Assembly (NCBI GenBank): GCA_037481835.1 | Contig: JBBFKW010000008.1 | Coordinates: 96,001-160,000, forward strand | Direction of reading: 5' to 3' | Source of the DNA: Desulfosoma sp. | GTDB taxonomy: Bacteria; Desulfobacterota; Syntrophobacteria; Syntrophobacterales; DSM-9756 | DNA length: 64,000 nucleotides | Shown: positions 1-10,995 of the stretch, in pieces | Layout of the letters: each line of letters starts with the position of its first letter | Position numbering within the stretch: position 1 is the stretch's first letter | Made by a program: the position numbers and the translations under genes | Notes under the pieces: model-generated | Seen by the model: only the letters and a program-made list of their open reading frames with translations | The model's database searches: none | What the model was told of the DNA's origin: nothing

Positions 1-1201
1 TTTCTGAAACGCCCATCCAGCCCGCATCGCGAAGATGCCACTGGAGCACGGCCGGGGCGTCGCCGTCTTCGAGAAGCCGTAGGGCCTGAGCCGCCGCGGC
101 TTTGTCCTTGCCCTTGTGCTTTTTCGGCACGGGATGCAGCACCGCGCCGCCTCCCAAGGTTCGGATAGGCGAGTAGGAGCGCAGCACGTAGCGATCGCCG
201 CGAAGCACCGCGAGAGGCCGATCCAATCGGATCTGGGCGTAGGTCTTCTCCCCCGGAGCCAGCTGCTCCCGGTCCAAAAGCACCAAGGTCGCCACGGTCT
301 CGGTCGTTCCCGTGTGGAACCGAATCTTTTGCCGATCCTTGAGCGGCTGCGGCGCATCGGCGAGAAGTTCCAGGGACACGTCCAGCATGTAGCTCGGCAG
401 CAGGGAATCGGGTGTGGCCACCACTTCGCCCCGTTGCACCGCATCCCGATCCACCCCTTGGAGATTGATGGCCGTGCGTTGGCCCGGGAACGCTTCCTGG
501 ACTTCCTGGTTGTGCACCTGCAGGCCGCGCACCTTGGTGGCGATCCCCGAGGGATAGACGGTGACCGGATCCCCCACGCGAAGCCGTCCTGAAAGGCTCG
601 TGCCGGTCACCACCGTGCCGAACCCTTTCATGGTGAACACCCGATCGATGGACATGCGAAAAGGGCCCGACGTGTTTCGCGCCGGCACCTTGGGAACCAT
701 TCCAAAAAGGACCTGCTTGAGGGTATCCAGCCCCTCGCCCGTCACGGCCGACACGCGCACGATGGGAGCATGTTCGAGAAAAGTGCCCTTGAGGAAATCG
801 CGGATGTCCTCTTCCACCATGTCGACCCATTCCGGGTCGTCCACAAGGTCGATCTTGGTCAAGACCACCAGACCTTCCTTGACACGAAGGAGTTGGCAAA
901 TTTCCAAGTGTTCCCGGGTTTGGGGCATGACGCCTTCATCGGCCGCAATGACCAGGGCCACCAAATCGATCCCCGTGGCTCCGGCCACCATGTGCTTGAC
1001 GAAACGTTCGTGTCCGGGCACGTCCACGATCCCCAATCGCGTCCCGTCAGGAAGATCCAGGTAGGCAAAACCCAGTTCGATGGTTATGCCCCGCTGCTTT
1101 TCCTCTTTGAGCCTATCCGTGTCGATGCCGGTCAGGGCGCGGATCAAGGAGGTCTTGCCGTGATCAATATGGCCGGCGGTGCCGAGCACGACCTGGTGCA
1201 T
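1..1201 (-). CDS. selB: Selenocysteine-specific elongation factor SelB (5' part; runs off the window start)
   Basis: Minus-strand translation [46 protein letters not shown]...[30 protein letters not shown] upstream. Absent from the ORF track because it is open-ended. Confidence 0.93.
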   Translation of the reverse strand, partial: MHQVVLGTAGHIDHGKTSLIRALTGIDTDRLKEEKQRGITIELGFAYLDLPDGTRLGIVDVPGHERFVKHMVAGATGIDLVALVIAADEGVMPQTREHLEICQLLRVKEGLVVLTKIDLVDDPEWVDMVEEDIRDFLKGTFLEHAPIVRVSAVTGEGLDTLKQVLFGMVPKVPARNTSGPFRMSIDRVFTMKGFGTVVTGTSLSGRLRVGDPVTVYPSGIATKVRGLQVHNQEVQEAFPGQRTAINLQGVDRDAVQRGEVVATPDSLLPSYMLDVSLELLADAPQPLKDRQKIRFHTGTTETVATLVLLDREQLAPGEKTYAQIRLDRPLAVLRGDRYVLRSYSPIRTLGGGAVLHPVPKKHKGKDKAAAAQALRLLEDGDAPAVLQWHLRDAGWMGVSE

Positions 1202-1438
1202 GGTGCGCTTCCTCCTAAAACCTGGCGGCCGCAGATGCGTGCCGAAGAGGCGTAACCGGGCGTTCTCGCGGCCCTTCGCCCTGTGGCGAAGGGCGCTCGA
1301 TGCGGTCGACGGCATAGTGCCATATCCGGGGGCGCAATTCAACGCTCGGGGGGAGCTGCCGCAGAGCTCTTGAGAAACACGGGCTGCTGTGTTAGGAGCC
1401 TTGCGGTGTGAACGACAGAGGGCTCAGGGGAGATCGGA

Positions 1439-2527
1439 ATGAGTCGCACAGCGGGGGGCGGTTTTTGGGTCGCAGCGGTTGTGCTCTGGGGCGTTCTTGC
1501 TGCGCTCGCCCTCGCAACAACGGTTTCGATCCGATTGGCCCTCTTCGGGATCACGCCCGGGGACGGCCTTCGCCCGCCGGCGGCCGTGGTCCTTCCCTCC
1601 GGGATGAACGCGCACGCCGTGGCGTCCGTTTTGGAAAAGGAGGGCGTGGTTTCCGACGGGACCCTTTTTTACTGGTACGCCCGCATCCATGGGCTCGCCG
1701 ACAAGATGAAAGCCGGGGAATATCGATTCCCGCCGGGCGTTTCTCCGCGCGTCGTGCTCGACACCCTTGTGCAGGGCAAAGTGGTGGTCCACAAGGTGAC
1801 CATCCCCGAAGGGGCCACCCTCAAGGACGTGGCACGCCTTGTGGCCAAGACGGGTTTGGTCGACGCGAACCATATCGTGGATCTGGCCCAGGACCGACAT
1901 CTCATGATTTCTCTGGGCGTGCGGGATGCGGGATCCCTGGAAGGGTATCTCTTCCCGGAAACCTACCTCTTCCGGCGTACGGACCGGCCGCGGGACATGG
2001 TGCGCCGCATGGTGCTGGAATTTTGGCGGCGCTTCTCCCCGGAACGGCAAGCCCAGGCCCGGCAGATGGGTTTTACGGTCCATCAGGCGGTCACCTTGGC
2101 GTCCCTGGTGGAAAAGGAAGCGGTCGTGGATGCGGAACGGCCCGTCATCGCCGGCGTTTTCTTGAATCGACTCCAGCGCGATATGCCGCTCCAAAGCGAC
2201 CCCACGGCGGTCTACGACTTGGAAGATTTTGCCGGTCCCATCCGGCGCCGACACCTGGACCGGGAAAGTCCCTACAATACCTATCTCCACAAGGGGCTTC
2301 CGCCCGGGCCCATCTGCAACCCGGGAGAAAAGTCCCTGCGGGCTGTCTTGGATCCCAAAAAGAACGCCTATCTCTACTTTGTCAGTAACAACGACGGCAC
2401 TCATACCTTTTCCGCCACCTATGACGAACACCTCCAGGCGGTGGCTCGGTTCCGCGCCCTTAAGGAGGACAGCCGAAGCAGCGCCAAGACCCCGCTCGAC
2501 GAATCGGAGGCCTCGATCGTCCCGTGA
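1439..2527 (+). CDS. mltG: Endolytic transglycosylase MltG (YceG family)
   Basis: N-terminal TM helix; motifs LEGYLFPETY, LASLVEKE, LQSDPT, SPYNTY, GLPPGPICNPG. Confidence 0.93.
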   Translation: MSRTAGGGFWVAAVVLWGVLAALALATTVSIRLALFGITPGDGLRPPAAVVLPSGMNAHAVASVLEKEGVVSDGTLFYWYARIHGLADKMKAGEYRFPPGVSPRVVLDTLVQGKVVVHKVTIPEGATLKDVARLVAKTGLVDANHIVDLAQDRHLMISLGVRDAGSLEGYLFPETYLFRRTDRPRDMVRRMVLEFWRRFSPERQAQARQMGFTVHQAVTLASLVEKEAVVDAERPVIAGVFLNRLQRDMPLQSDPTAVYDLEDFAGPIRRRHLDRESPYNTYLHKGLPPGPICNPGEKSLRAVLDPKKNAYLYFVSNNDGTHTFSATYDEHLQAVARFRALKEDSRSSAKTPLDESEASIVP

Positions 2528-3345
2528 AAAAAGACGCCCAAAAGCCCCAAAGCGTGGCGAGCCTTGTGCTCGCCGCTGGAAAAGGCAGCCGCATGACGGG
2601 CTATGAGGGAAACAAGACCCTCCTTCCCCTGATCCCCTCAGGGGAAGAGCGCACCGTCGGGTCCCGCCCGCTTCTTGCCGAAGTGCTGGAAAACCTTCCC
2701 CCGGGCCCCAAGGCCGTGGTCGTCCACCATCGGGCCGAAGACGTGCGCCGCGAGACGGCGGCTTACGGCTGCACCTATATTTTCCAGCCTGAAACGGACG
2801 GCACGGGCGGAGCCGTGCTGGCCGCCCGCCCGTTTCTGGAAACCCTCACCGAAGACGCCGTGATCATCACCATGGGAGATGTGCCGCTCATCCGCCGCAG
2901 AACCTACGATCTTCTGCTCCAGGGACTGGCTGACGGGCAGATGACGGTTCTGGCCTTCCGTCCCGACGATCCCGCCCAGTACGGCAAGCTGGACGTGGAA
3001 GAAAATCGCGTGCGGCGCATCGTGGAATGGAAATACTGGAGCCGCATGCCCGGGCGGATGGACGGATGCCCGTGCAACGCAGGAGTCTACGCGCTGCGGC
3101 GAGAGGGGCTCCTTGGCTCCTTGGACGATTTGGCCGCCAAGGCCCACGAGGTGCACAAGGAACGCAATGGCCGCATGACGCTCATCCGGGAATACTTCCT
3201 CACAGACCTTGTGGAAATCCTGGTTAAACGAGGCCTCACGGTCACCTACACGACCGCCGAACCCTGGGAGGTCCTGGGTGTGGATACGCCTCAGGCTCTG
3301 GAACGCGTGCAGGAAATCTACCGTTTACGTCAGAGGAATAATTGA
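2524..3345 (+). CDS. Sugar-phosphate nucleotidyltransferase (GlmU N-terminal domain only)
   Basis: LAAGKGSRM, GTGGAV, GDVPLI, YGKL, NAGVY, EYFLTDLV; no left-handed beta-helix acetyltransferase domain. Confidence 0.8.
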   Translation: MKKDAQKPQSVASLVLAAGKGSRMTGYEGNKTLLPLIPSGEERTVGSRPLLAEVLENLPPGPKAVVVHHRAEDVRRETAAYGCTYIFQPETDGTGGAVLAARPFLETLTEDAVIITMGDVPLIRRRTYDLLLQGLADGQMTVLAFRPDDPAQYGKLDVEENRVRRIVEWKYWSRMPGRMDGCPCNAGVYALRREGLLGSLDDLAAKAHEVHKERNGRMTLIREYFLTDLVEILVKRGLTVTYTTAEPWEVLGVDTPQALERVQEIYRLRQRNN

Positions 3346-3454
3346 CCTTTCCGGGAAAAATGTTCTATTGTGCTTTCCGTTACAAACCCGATCGGGAGGA
3401 TTCCCGGGAAGGCTGATGCCGCGTGTCGTTTTTCACCCATTCAAGGAGGGATCC

Positions 3455-5101
3455 ATGCCAGTGAAGCTCGTCGACCGAACCCCGTCCGCCTACGCTTACC
3501 CGCTGCTTATCAAACACCTGTTGCACAAGCCCATGCGCTGTACGCCCAATCAACACATCGTCTACAGGGATCTGTATCGCTTCACCTACGCGGACATGTT
3601 TCAAAGGGTCCACAAGGCCGCCACCATGCTCCGAGCCCTCGGGGTGCAAGAAGGCTCTACCGTGGGCGTCATGGACTGGGACAGCCACCGGTACCTGGAG
3701 CTGTTCTACGCCGTGCCCATGATGGGGGCGATCCTCCACACGGTGAACATCCGCCTGTCGCCGGAACAGATCCTCTACACCATAAACCACGCCGAAGACG
3801 ACGTCCTCTTCGTCCATACGGACTTCCTCCCCGTCGTCGAAGGCATCAAGGACCAGTTCCAGACGGTCAAGAAGATCGTGCTCCTGAAGGACGGCGGGGA
3901 CGCTCCGGCAACCGCCGTCCCTTTGGATGGCGAGTATGAGGACCTCCTTTCGCGGGCGTCCGACGATTACGAGTTCCCCGATTTCGACGAAAACGCCAAG
4001 GCGACCACTTTTTACACCACGGGAACGACCGGGCTCCCCAAAGGGGTCTACTTCAGCCACCGCCAGTTGGTGCTCCACACGCTGGCCACTCTGGCGGCCG
4101 CCGGGTCTTACCACACGGCGGCGACGTTCCGGTCCAACGACGTCTACATGCCGCTCACACCCATGTTTCACGTGCACGCGTGGGGAATCCCCTTCGTGGC
4201 CGGCCAGTTGGGTGTGAAACAGGTCTACCCGGGCCGTTACGACCCGGCCATGATCCTGAAGTTGATCGTCACCGAAAAAGTCACCTTCTCCCATTGCGTC
4301 CCCACGATCCTGCACATGATTCTCTCAAGCCCGGCGGCCAAGAACGTGGATCTTTCCGGATGGAAAGTGATCATCGGCGGATCGGCCTTGACCAAGGGAT
4401 TGTGCAAGGCCGCCATGGACCGAGGCATCGACCTCATCACGGGCTACGGCATGTCCGAAACATGCCCTATATTGACCTTGGCTCAACCCCAGCCCGACAT
4501 GATGGAGTGGCCTGCGGAGCAACAGATCCTCGTGCGGTGTCGAACGGGCCAGCCCATCCCGCTGGTCGACCTCAGGGTGGTCACCCCGGACGGCGTGCCC
4601 GTTCCCCACGACGGCAAGAGCACCGGAGAAGTGGTGGTCCGCTCCCCGTGGCTCACCCAGGGCTACTTCAAGGATCCCGACCGGGCCGAGGAACTCTGGC
4701 AAGGCGGCTGGCTCCATACGGGGGATGTGGGCTTTATCGATGAGCGCGGCTATCTCCAGATCACCGACCGCATCAAGGACGTCATCAAAACGGGCGGAGA
4801 GTGGATTTCCACGCTCATCCTGGAAGATATTCTCATGCAGCACCCGGCGGTGAGCGAAGCGGCGGCCATTGGGGTCCCCGACGAAAAGTGGGGCGAACGG
4901 CCCATGGCCTTGGTGGTGCTCAAGGAAGAATACAAGGGGAAGGTCACGGAGGAAGAGATCCGCAATCATTTCATGCGGTTTGTGGAAGAAGGGAGCATCA
5001 CCAAGTGGGCGGTGCCCGATAAGATCGGCTTTGTGGACATGCTGCCCAAGACCAGCGTGGGCAAGCTGGACAAGAAGGTCATGCGAAAGCAGTACCGATA
5101 G
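3455..5101 (+). CDS. Long-chain fatty acid-CoA ligase / AMP-binding enzyme
   Basis: [44 protein letters not shown]; start placed after AAGGAGG. Confidence 0.9.
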   Translation: MPVKLVDRTPSAYAYPLLIKHLLHKPMRCTPNQHIVYRDLYRFTYADMFQRVHKAATMLRALGVQEGSTVGVMDWDSHRYLELFYAVPMMGAILHTVNIRLSPEQILYTINHAEDDVLFVHTDFLPVVEGIKDQFQTVKKIVLLKDGGDAPATAVPLDGEYEDLLSRASDDYEFPDFDENAKATTFYTTGTTGLPKGVYFSHRQLVLHTLATLAAAGSYHTAATFRSNDVYMPLTPMFHVHAWGIPFVAGQLGVKQVYPGRYDPAMILKLIVTEKVTFSHCVPTILHMILSSPAAKNVDLSGWKVIIGGSALTKGLCKAAMDRGIDLITGYGMSETCPILTLAQPQPDMMEWPAEQQILVRCRTGQPIPLVDLRVVTPDGVPVPHDGKSTGEVVVRSPWLTQGYFKDPDRAEELWQGGWLHTGDVGFIDERGYLQITDRIKDVIKTGGEWISTLILEDILMQHPAVSEAAAIGVPDEKWGERPMALVVLKEEYKGKVTEEEIRNHFMRFVEEGSITKWAVPDKIGFVDMLPKTSVGKLDKKVMRKQYR

Positions 5102-5185
5102 AAATCGAGGGTTTTTGCCGGATTCCTTTCCCGCCGCACCTCGGGTGGGGTGTGGCCCGCCGCGCCCCACCCACCCGATGGCCCC

Positions 5186-6637
5186 TTACGGCCGCCAGAA
5201 TTCCGGAATGAGCAGCACGATCACCGTGTAGATTTCCAGGCGCCCCAAGAGCATGCTCAGGGACAGAAGCCATTTGGCCAGAAGGGGAAGTCCCGCGTAA
5301 TTTTCCGCCGGGCCCACGGCGCCGAAACCCGGACCGATGTTTCCTATGGTGGCCGCAACCGATGAAAAGGCGGTGACCATGTCCAGTCCCATGGCCGCCA
5401 TGAGCAAAGAAAAGACGACAAAAAGCGCCACATAGAGGATGAAAAAGCCCCAGACACTGTGGAGCACCTCAGCGGGCACAACCCGGCCGCCCAATTTCAC
5501 TTGGGATACGGCATGGGGATGAACGAGGCGCATCAGCTCACGATAGCCGTGCTTGATCAGCAGGATGATCCGCAAGCACTTGATGCCCCCGCCCGTGGAT
5601 CCCGCGGATCCTCCGAGAAACATGCACAAGAAGAGAATCACTTGGGTGAGCGGCGGCCATGTCTCGTAGTCCGCCGTGGCGAAGCCTGTGGTGGTGAGGA
5701 TGGAGACGACCTGGAAGGCGGCATATCGAAAGGCGCCGGCCACCGTGTGAAAGACCGTCCCGTAGAGACTGCCGGCACACAGGACGATGAACACGGCGGT
5801 GGCAAAGAGGAAAAACCGGCATTCGGGGTCGCGCCACAAAGCCAGTGGCTTTCCCGTAAGCCACTGGTAATGAAGCGAGAAATTGATGCCTGCGACGAGC
5901 ATGAAGAGAACGATCACCCCGTCCACGTAGGCGCTTTGATAATGCCCCACCGAAGCGTTTCGGGTGGAGAAGCCTCCGGTGGCCAAGGTGGCGAAGGTAT
6001 GGCATAAGGCGTCGAAAAGGTCCATGCCGCCCGTCATGAGGAGGGCGGTTTCCGCCACGGTGAATAGGAGGTAGACTTTCCAGAGGACCGATGCCGTGTC
6101 TTTGATGCGAGGGCGCAGCTTGTCGGGGACGGGGGACGGCACTTCGGCCTTGTATAATTGCATGCCACCCACACCCAAGAAAGGAAGAATGGCCAAAGAC
6201 AAGACGATGATGCCCATGCCGCCCAGCCAATGGGTCAGTCCCCGCCACAGGAGGAGTCCCCGAGGAACTTTCTCGATGTCTGTGAGTACGGAAGCACCGG
6301 TCGTGGTAAAGCCCGACATGGATTCGAAAAAGGCGTCGGTAAAGGTGGAAAACGTGCCCGCGAGGTAGAAAGGCAGAGCCCCCAAGACTGCCGCCCCGAT
6401 CCATCCCAGGGCGACGATAAGGATTCCTTCGCGATGACCGATGAGGGAAGATCCCCCTTTGCGTGAAGGCAGGAAAAGGACGGCCCCTGCGGCGGCCGCA
6501 ACCCCCATGGATTTGGCAATGGACCCATGGGCCCCGTCGCCGTAAGCCAGGGAAAAACCCAACGGCAGGATCATGGTGCCGCCGACGCACCATAGGAGGG
6601 CTCCGACGGCACGCCAGACGAAGCCCCACGGCATCAT
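5186..6637 (-). CDS. trkH: Trk potassium uptake membrane protein TrkH
   Basis: FFESMSGFTTTG, WLGGMGII, TLATGGFS, GGSAGSTGGGIK, MLLGRLE. Confidence 0.93.
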   Translation of the reverse strand: MMPWGFVWRAVGALLWCVGGTMILPLGFSLAYGDGAHGSIAKSMGVAAAAGAVLFLPSRKGGSSLIGHREGILIVALGWIGAAVLGALPFYLAGTFSTFTDAFFESMSGFTTTGASVLTDIEKVPRGLLLWRGLTHWLGGMGIIVLSLAILPFLGVGGMQLYKAEVPSPVPDKLRPRIKDTASVLWKVYLLFTVAETALLMTGGMDLFDALCHTFATLATGGFSTRNASVGHYQSAYVDGVIVLFMLVAGINFSLHYQWLTGKPLALWRDPECRFFLFATAVFIVLCAGSLYGTVFHTVAGAFRYAAFQVVSILTTTGFATADYETWPPLTQVILFLCMFLGGSAGSTGGGIKCLRIILLIKHGYRELMRLVHPHAVSQVKLGGRVVPAEVLHSVWGFFILYVALFVVFSLLMAAMGLDMVTAFSSVAATIGNIGPGFGAVGPAENYAGLPLLAKWLLSLSMLLGRLEIYTVIVLLIPEFWRP

Positions 6638-7998
6638 GGTCGCCTCACCGGCACCGAAAGGCGCTTTTCCACCTGGGGCACGGCCTTGCGGGCGCACAAG
6701 ACGACGACGCGGTCGCCGGGAAGAATCACCGTGTGCCCTGTGGCGATGGAGGGCTTTTCACCCCGCACCACCGCCAGGACCAAAGCGCCCTTGGGAAATC
6801 CGACGTCCTTCAAGGGCCGCCCGACGATGGGCGAATGGTCCATGGCTTCCGCCTCCAGGACTTCCGCTTCTTCGCCCCTGAGAGACACCGCCGAGAGAAT
6901 CTTTCCGCGCCTCACATACTGCAGGATGCTATTGATGGCGGATAGTCGGGGATTGACGACCCGACCCAGTCCAATCGCCTGGGCGATGGGCATGTAGGCG
7001 AACTTGCTGATGCGCGTAATCAGCCGGCGGGCTCCCAAGCGCTGCGCCAAAAGCGAACACAGGATGTTGGTCTCTTCGTCGCCGGTGAGCGAAACAACCA
7101 GGTCCATGTGGGCGATGTTTTCCTCCATGAGGATCGTTTGATCGGTTCCGTCGCCATGGAGCACGATGGTTCGGTGCAAAACTTCTGAAAGCCGGTCGCA
7201 CCGGGCCCGGTCCTTTTCCAGCATTCGCACATGCAAGGCTCGGTTTTCCAGACGGCGAGCCAGTCTCAGCCCAATGTCTCCCCCGCCGATGATAAAAATG
7301 TTTTCCGGCGATTTTTCTCGGCATCCGAAAAAAGCCAGCACCTTGTTCATGTGGTCTTTGTCGGAGACCACATAGAGCAGGTCCCCGGCGCGCAGGACGT
7401 CCTTGCCCGTGGGCACGATGAGGGTTTCGTTGCGAAAAACGGCGCCGATAATGTAAGGAAGGCCGTCGGCCATTCGGCCCAGATCGATGAGAGATTTCCC
7501 CTTGAGAGGCGACCCGGCGTGCAGCCGCACGGCCACAAGCTGAATGCGGCCCTCTGCCAGCTCCCGCACATCCTCCGCATCAGGCACGGCGATGAGCCTT
7601 TCGATGGTGTGGACCAATTCCTCGTCGGGGTTGATGATCTTGTCCAGGTTGAGGTGCTTTTCCAACAAGCCGGGCTGAAAATGCGTGTACGCCTCGTTGC
7701 GGATCCGGGCCAGTTTTTTGATGCGCGGCGCGAGGATATTGGCGTAGAAGGAAGCGATGAGGTTGGTTTCATCGGCATCGGTAACGGCAAGGAACGTCTG
7801 GGCTTCATGGATGCCCGCGGCTTGCAAAATGCGAGGGTCACTCCCCGACCCTTCCAGGGTTTGGACATCGCTGAATTCCATGAGGCGCCTGAGCGCTTCC
7901 GGGTTCTTGTCGACGACGACAACTTCCTTGTTTTCCTGGGATAGCCGGTGCGCAATGTGAAAACCCACTTCTCCGGCCCCCACGATGATGAGCTTCAA
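6634..7998 (-). CDS. trkA: Trk potassium uptake NAD-binding subunit TrkA
   Basis: Two RCK-N/RCK-C repeats (IIVGAGEVG, IIGGGDIG); probable TTG start after AGGAGG; overlaps the trkH start (ATGA). Confidence 0.93.
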   Translation of the reverse strand: MKLIIVGAGEVGFHIAHRLSQENKEVVVVDKNPEALRRLMEFSDVQTLEGSGSDPRILQAAGIHEAQTFLAVTDADETNLIASFYANILAPRIKKLARIRNEAYTHFQPGLLEKHLNLDKIINPDEELVHTIERLIAVPDAEDVRELAEGRIQLVAVRLHAGSPLKGKSLIDLGRMADGLPYIIGAVFRNETLIVPTGKDVLRAGDLLYVVSDKDHMNKVLAFFGCREKSPENIFIIGGGDIGLRLARRLENRALHVRMLEKDRARCDRLSEVLHRTIVLHGDGTDQTILMEENIAHMDLVVSLTGDEETNILCSLLAQRLGARRLITRISKFAYMPIAQAIGLGRVVNPRLSAINSILQYVRRGKILSAVSLRGEEAEVLEAEAMDHSPIVGRPLKDVGFPKGALVLAVVRGEKPSIATGHTVILPGDRVVVLCARKAVPQVEKRLSVPVRRP

Positions 7999-8159
7999 GG
8001 TCCGCCTCCTTGGTTCCATCCCGGCCGTTCATTGGGGTCCCATTCCTCTACCAGAGCCCCGTTCGGGATGCAACAAAACGGGTGCAGAATCTCTTGCGCA
8101 AAGACATGGAATCTGCTACACATGACCATTGTGAAATAAAGTGCGCGAAGGAGGCTTCT

Positions 8160-8351
8160 ATGTCGCAATGGGCATGGCGCATCGGCATGCTGGTGGTTGG
8201 CATTGTGCCGGCCATTATCGGCGGCGGGCTGTTCTGGCATTTTTTCGAAAAGTGGACGGCCGTCATCGTCTGGGAAATCGTGCTGCTTTTCCTCATGAGC
8301 CTCATCATCGCCAAGGGCGACAAGAGGGCGGGCCAGGAAGCCCATCATTGA
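8160..8351 (+). CDS. Small two-TM membrane protein
   Basis: AAGGAGG RBS; MSQWAWRIGMLVVGIVPAIIGGGLFW...; two hydrophobic helices. Confidence 0.7.
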   Translation: MSQWAWRIGMLVVGIVPAIIGGGLFWHFFEKWTAVIVWEIVLLFLMSLIIAKGDKRAGQEAHH

Positions 8352-8376
8352 TCGGTGTTGCCCGGAGGAAACCGCC

Positions 8377-8580
8377 ATGGAATGCCGGAAGGAAAAAAAT
8401 CTGGAAGTCTGCCTATGTTCCTATGAACCATGCGCCAAAAAGGGCCTGTGTTGCGAGTGCCTCCAGTATCATTTGAAAAGCCGGCAGCTGCCGGGCTGCT
8501 GCTTCCCCAAAGATGCGGAGCGGACCTATGACCGCTCCTTCGAACATTTCGCCCGCCTGGTCCAACAGAAAAAAATCTGA
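8377..8580 (+). CDS. Small Cys-rich protein (DUF6485-like)
   Basis: GGAGG RBS; CLCSYEPCAKKGLCCECLQYH...LPGCCF...RTYDRS. Confidence 0.75.
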   Translation: MECRKEKNLEVCLCSYEPCAKKGLCCECLQYHLKSRQLPGCCFPKDAERTYDRSFEHFARLVQQKKI

Positions 8581-8881
8581 TCCCGCCTCCGGCGGACACT
8601 CTTCCCTGCCGATCTTCTTGTGCTCTCACGGGATTCCCATTGACCCGCCTCACGGGCTCGTGTAGATATGGCGCCCGATCGCCCGGGTTTCTTGTAAAAC
8701 CTGCGGGCTGAGACGCGCTCGGGCCACGATGGCGCCTTTCGGGCCCGAAGCAGATCCGGCTTAAGGGCTCCGAAGCGGCGTGTCACGGCTTAGCCGGCGG
8801 GCCGCCATGAGCGCCGATGACAATACCGGATCGGCATAAGGGGCGAATGAGCAATTTCAGGCCGACGGGAGAGATCGTGCC

Positions 8882-9850
8882 ATGAGTTCTCAGAGGAGCA
8901 ACGCCTTTGTGGCGGATATCGTGGATCTCGTGGTTTCGTCTTGGAAGATCCTTGCGGTGTGCATCGCCGTCGCCGTAGGAGCCGCGGTGGTCTATGTCTG
9001 GCGGGCTACACCCCTTTACGCCGTCAAGATGCAGGTCCGCCCCGGAATCACGGCCTTCGACGAGACGGGAAAGGAAATCCGCAGCTGGAACGTGGGCGAT
9101 GTCATGGATTTTTTCCGGCAAGACGCCTACCGGGCTTTCCTTCCCAATGAGGGCGGGGCTGCGGGAAAAACGCTCACTCTCTATCCGGCTCAGGGCCGCA
9201 GCGCCACCACGGTGACTCTGACTCTCTATTATCCCGATCCCGACGAAGGGGTCCGCCTCCTTCAGCAGTTCTACGACAATGTGCTCCGCCACTATCAAAC
9301 CTCCGGGAAAGAACCGCTCATCGCCGTGTCCACGAAGAAGATCCAAGAAAGGATTCAGTCCGTGGAAGGGCTCCTGAACCACGTGGATGCGGTGGAACGG
9401 CCCACCTTGGACGGGGAAATCGAAGGGCGGCGGGCACAAATCGCGGCGAAAACCCGTGTCTTGGAAGCTGTTGAAAACCGCATTCGGGACATGGCAGGGA
9501 TGCGCCCCGATCCCCAGGTTTTCAGCGTCCTCCTGGAACATGAAAAGTCGGCGGAAGCCCTGCGAAGCGCCATCGCCGAAGAAAAGCGTTTGATCGATTC
9601 CCTGGTCCTGGCCCGGGACGCCCTGGCCATGAAGAAACGGCAGTTGGAAGCGGAAAGGGCTTTGGAACAGCAAAAACTCGCGGCCCTCGTCCCTCTGGAA
9701 CAGGTTGTCCCCCCCGCGGCCAGTGCCTTTCCCGTTCGCCCGAAAATGAAGTGGCACCTGATCGGTGCGGTTTTGGCAGGGGGATTCGCGGGGCTTCTTC
9801 TGGGTGTGATCCTGCGAGAGAGGCGGCTGAAGGGATCGGCGCTTCGGTAG
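8882..9850 (+). CDS. Wzz-like polysaccharide chain-length determinant
   Basis: N- and C-terminal TM helices around a coiled coil; Pro-rich PVRPK motif before TM2; first gene of the polysaccharide cluster. Confidence 0.7.
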   Translation: MSSQRSNAFVADIVDLVVSSWKILAVCIAVAVGAAVVYVWRATPLYAVKMQVRPGITAFDETGKEIRSWNVGDVMDFFRQDAYRAFLPNEGGAAGKTLTLYPAQGRSATTVTLTLYYPDPDEGVRLLQQFYDNVLRHYQTSGKEPLIAVSTKKIQERIQSVEGLLNHVDAVERPTLDGEIEGRRAQIAAKTRVLEAVENRIRDMAGMRPDPQVFSVLLEHEKSAEALRSAIAEEKRLIDSLVLARDALAMKKRQLEAERALEQQKLAALVPLEQVVPPAASAFPVRPKMKWHLIGAVLAGGFAGLLLGVILRERRLKGSALR

Positions 9851-9878
9851 GGCCGAAAAGAAAAACTGGAGGGACTTT

Positions 9879-10880
9879 ATGCATTTGCAAAAACGTGTGC
9901 TTGTCACAGGGGGGGCCGGCTTTCTCGGATCCCATCTGTGCGAAAAGCTTCTCGAAAAGGGCCACGATGTTTTGTGCGTGGACAATTTTTATACGGGCAC
10001 CAAGGGAAACATCGTCCACCTGCTGACCAATCCGTTCTTTGAAGTCCATCGGCACGACATCACGTTTCCTCTTTTCGTGGAAGTGGACGAAATTTACAAC
10101 ATGGCCTGCCCGGCTTCTCCCGTGCATTATCAGAACGACCCCGTGCAGACCACCAAGGTATGCGTCCACGGGTCCATCAACATGCTGGGGCTGGCCAAGA
10201 GGCTTAAAGCCCGCATTCTGCAGGCATCCACGTCGGAAGTGTACGGGGATCCCACGGTGCATCCCCAGACGGAAGACTATCGAGGCAACGTCAATCCCAT
10301 CGGGCCCCGGTCGTGCTACGACGAAGGCAAGCGGTGTGCCGAAACCCTGTTTTTCGACTACCGGCGCCAGCACAAGCTTTCCATCAAGGTGGCCCGAATT
10401 TTCAATACCTACGGGCCGCGCATGCATCCCAACGACGGACGGGTGGTGAGCAATTTCATCGTCCAGGCTCTTCTCAACAAGCCCTTGACGGTTTTCGGCG
10501 ACGGCTCCCAAACCCGATCCTTCTGCTACGTGGACGACATGGTGGAAGGCCTCATCCGGCTCATGGAATCCCCAGAAGACGTGACCGGGCCGATCAATTT
10601 GGGCAACCCCGACGAATTCACCATCATGGAACTGGCCGAGCTGGTCTTGGAATTGACCGGCTCCCGATCCCAGATCCGTTATGAACCACTGCCCAAGGAC
10701 GACCCCGTGCGGCGCCGCCCGGATATCACGCGAGCCCGGCAGATTCTCGGATGGGCGCCCACGGTGCCTTTGCGGGAAGGACTCCGAAAAACCATCGACT
10801 ATTTTGACGATTTCCTGCGCCAACGCGGGCTGACCGACGACGGGTCCCCGGCCGAACACAGGAATTCCGCCGGATTTTAA
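9879..10880 (+). CDS. UDP-glucuronate decarboxylase (UDP-xylose synthase)
   Basis: [53 protein letters not shown]. Confidence 0.9.
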   Translation: MHLQKRVLVTGGAGFLGSHLCEKLLEKGHDVLCVDNFYTGTKGNIVHLLTNPFFEVHRHDITFPLFVEVDEIYNMACPASPVHYQNDPVQTTKVCVHGSINMLGLAKRLKARILQASTSEVYGDPTVHPQTEDYRGNVNPIGPRSCYDEGKRCAETLFFDYRRQHKLSIKVARIFNTYGPRMHPNDGRVVSNFIVQALLNKPLTVFGDGSQTRSFCYVDDMVEGLIRLMESPEDVTGPINLGNPDEFTIMELAELVLELTGSRSQIRYEPLPKDDPVRRRPDITRARQILGWAPTVPLREGLRKTIDYFDDFLRQRGLTDDGSPAEHRNSAGF

Positions 10881-10995
10881 TCGACTCCCCGGTCGCGGCG
10901 CGCCCCTTCCGGGAAAGGGCGGATGCCGACGGGAAGGGTGGAGCGTGGGCGGGTTTTCGGGGCAACTTCCGGGATAAGAAAACGGATCGGGGTCG

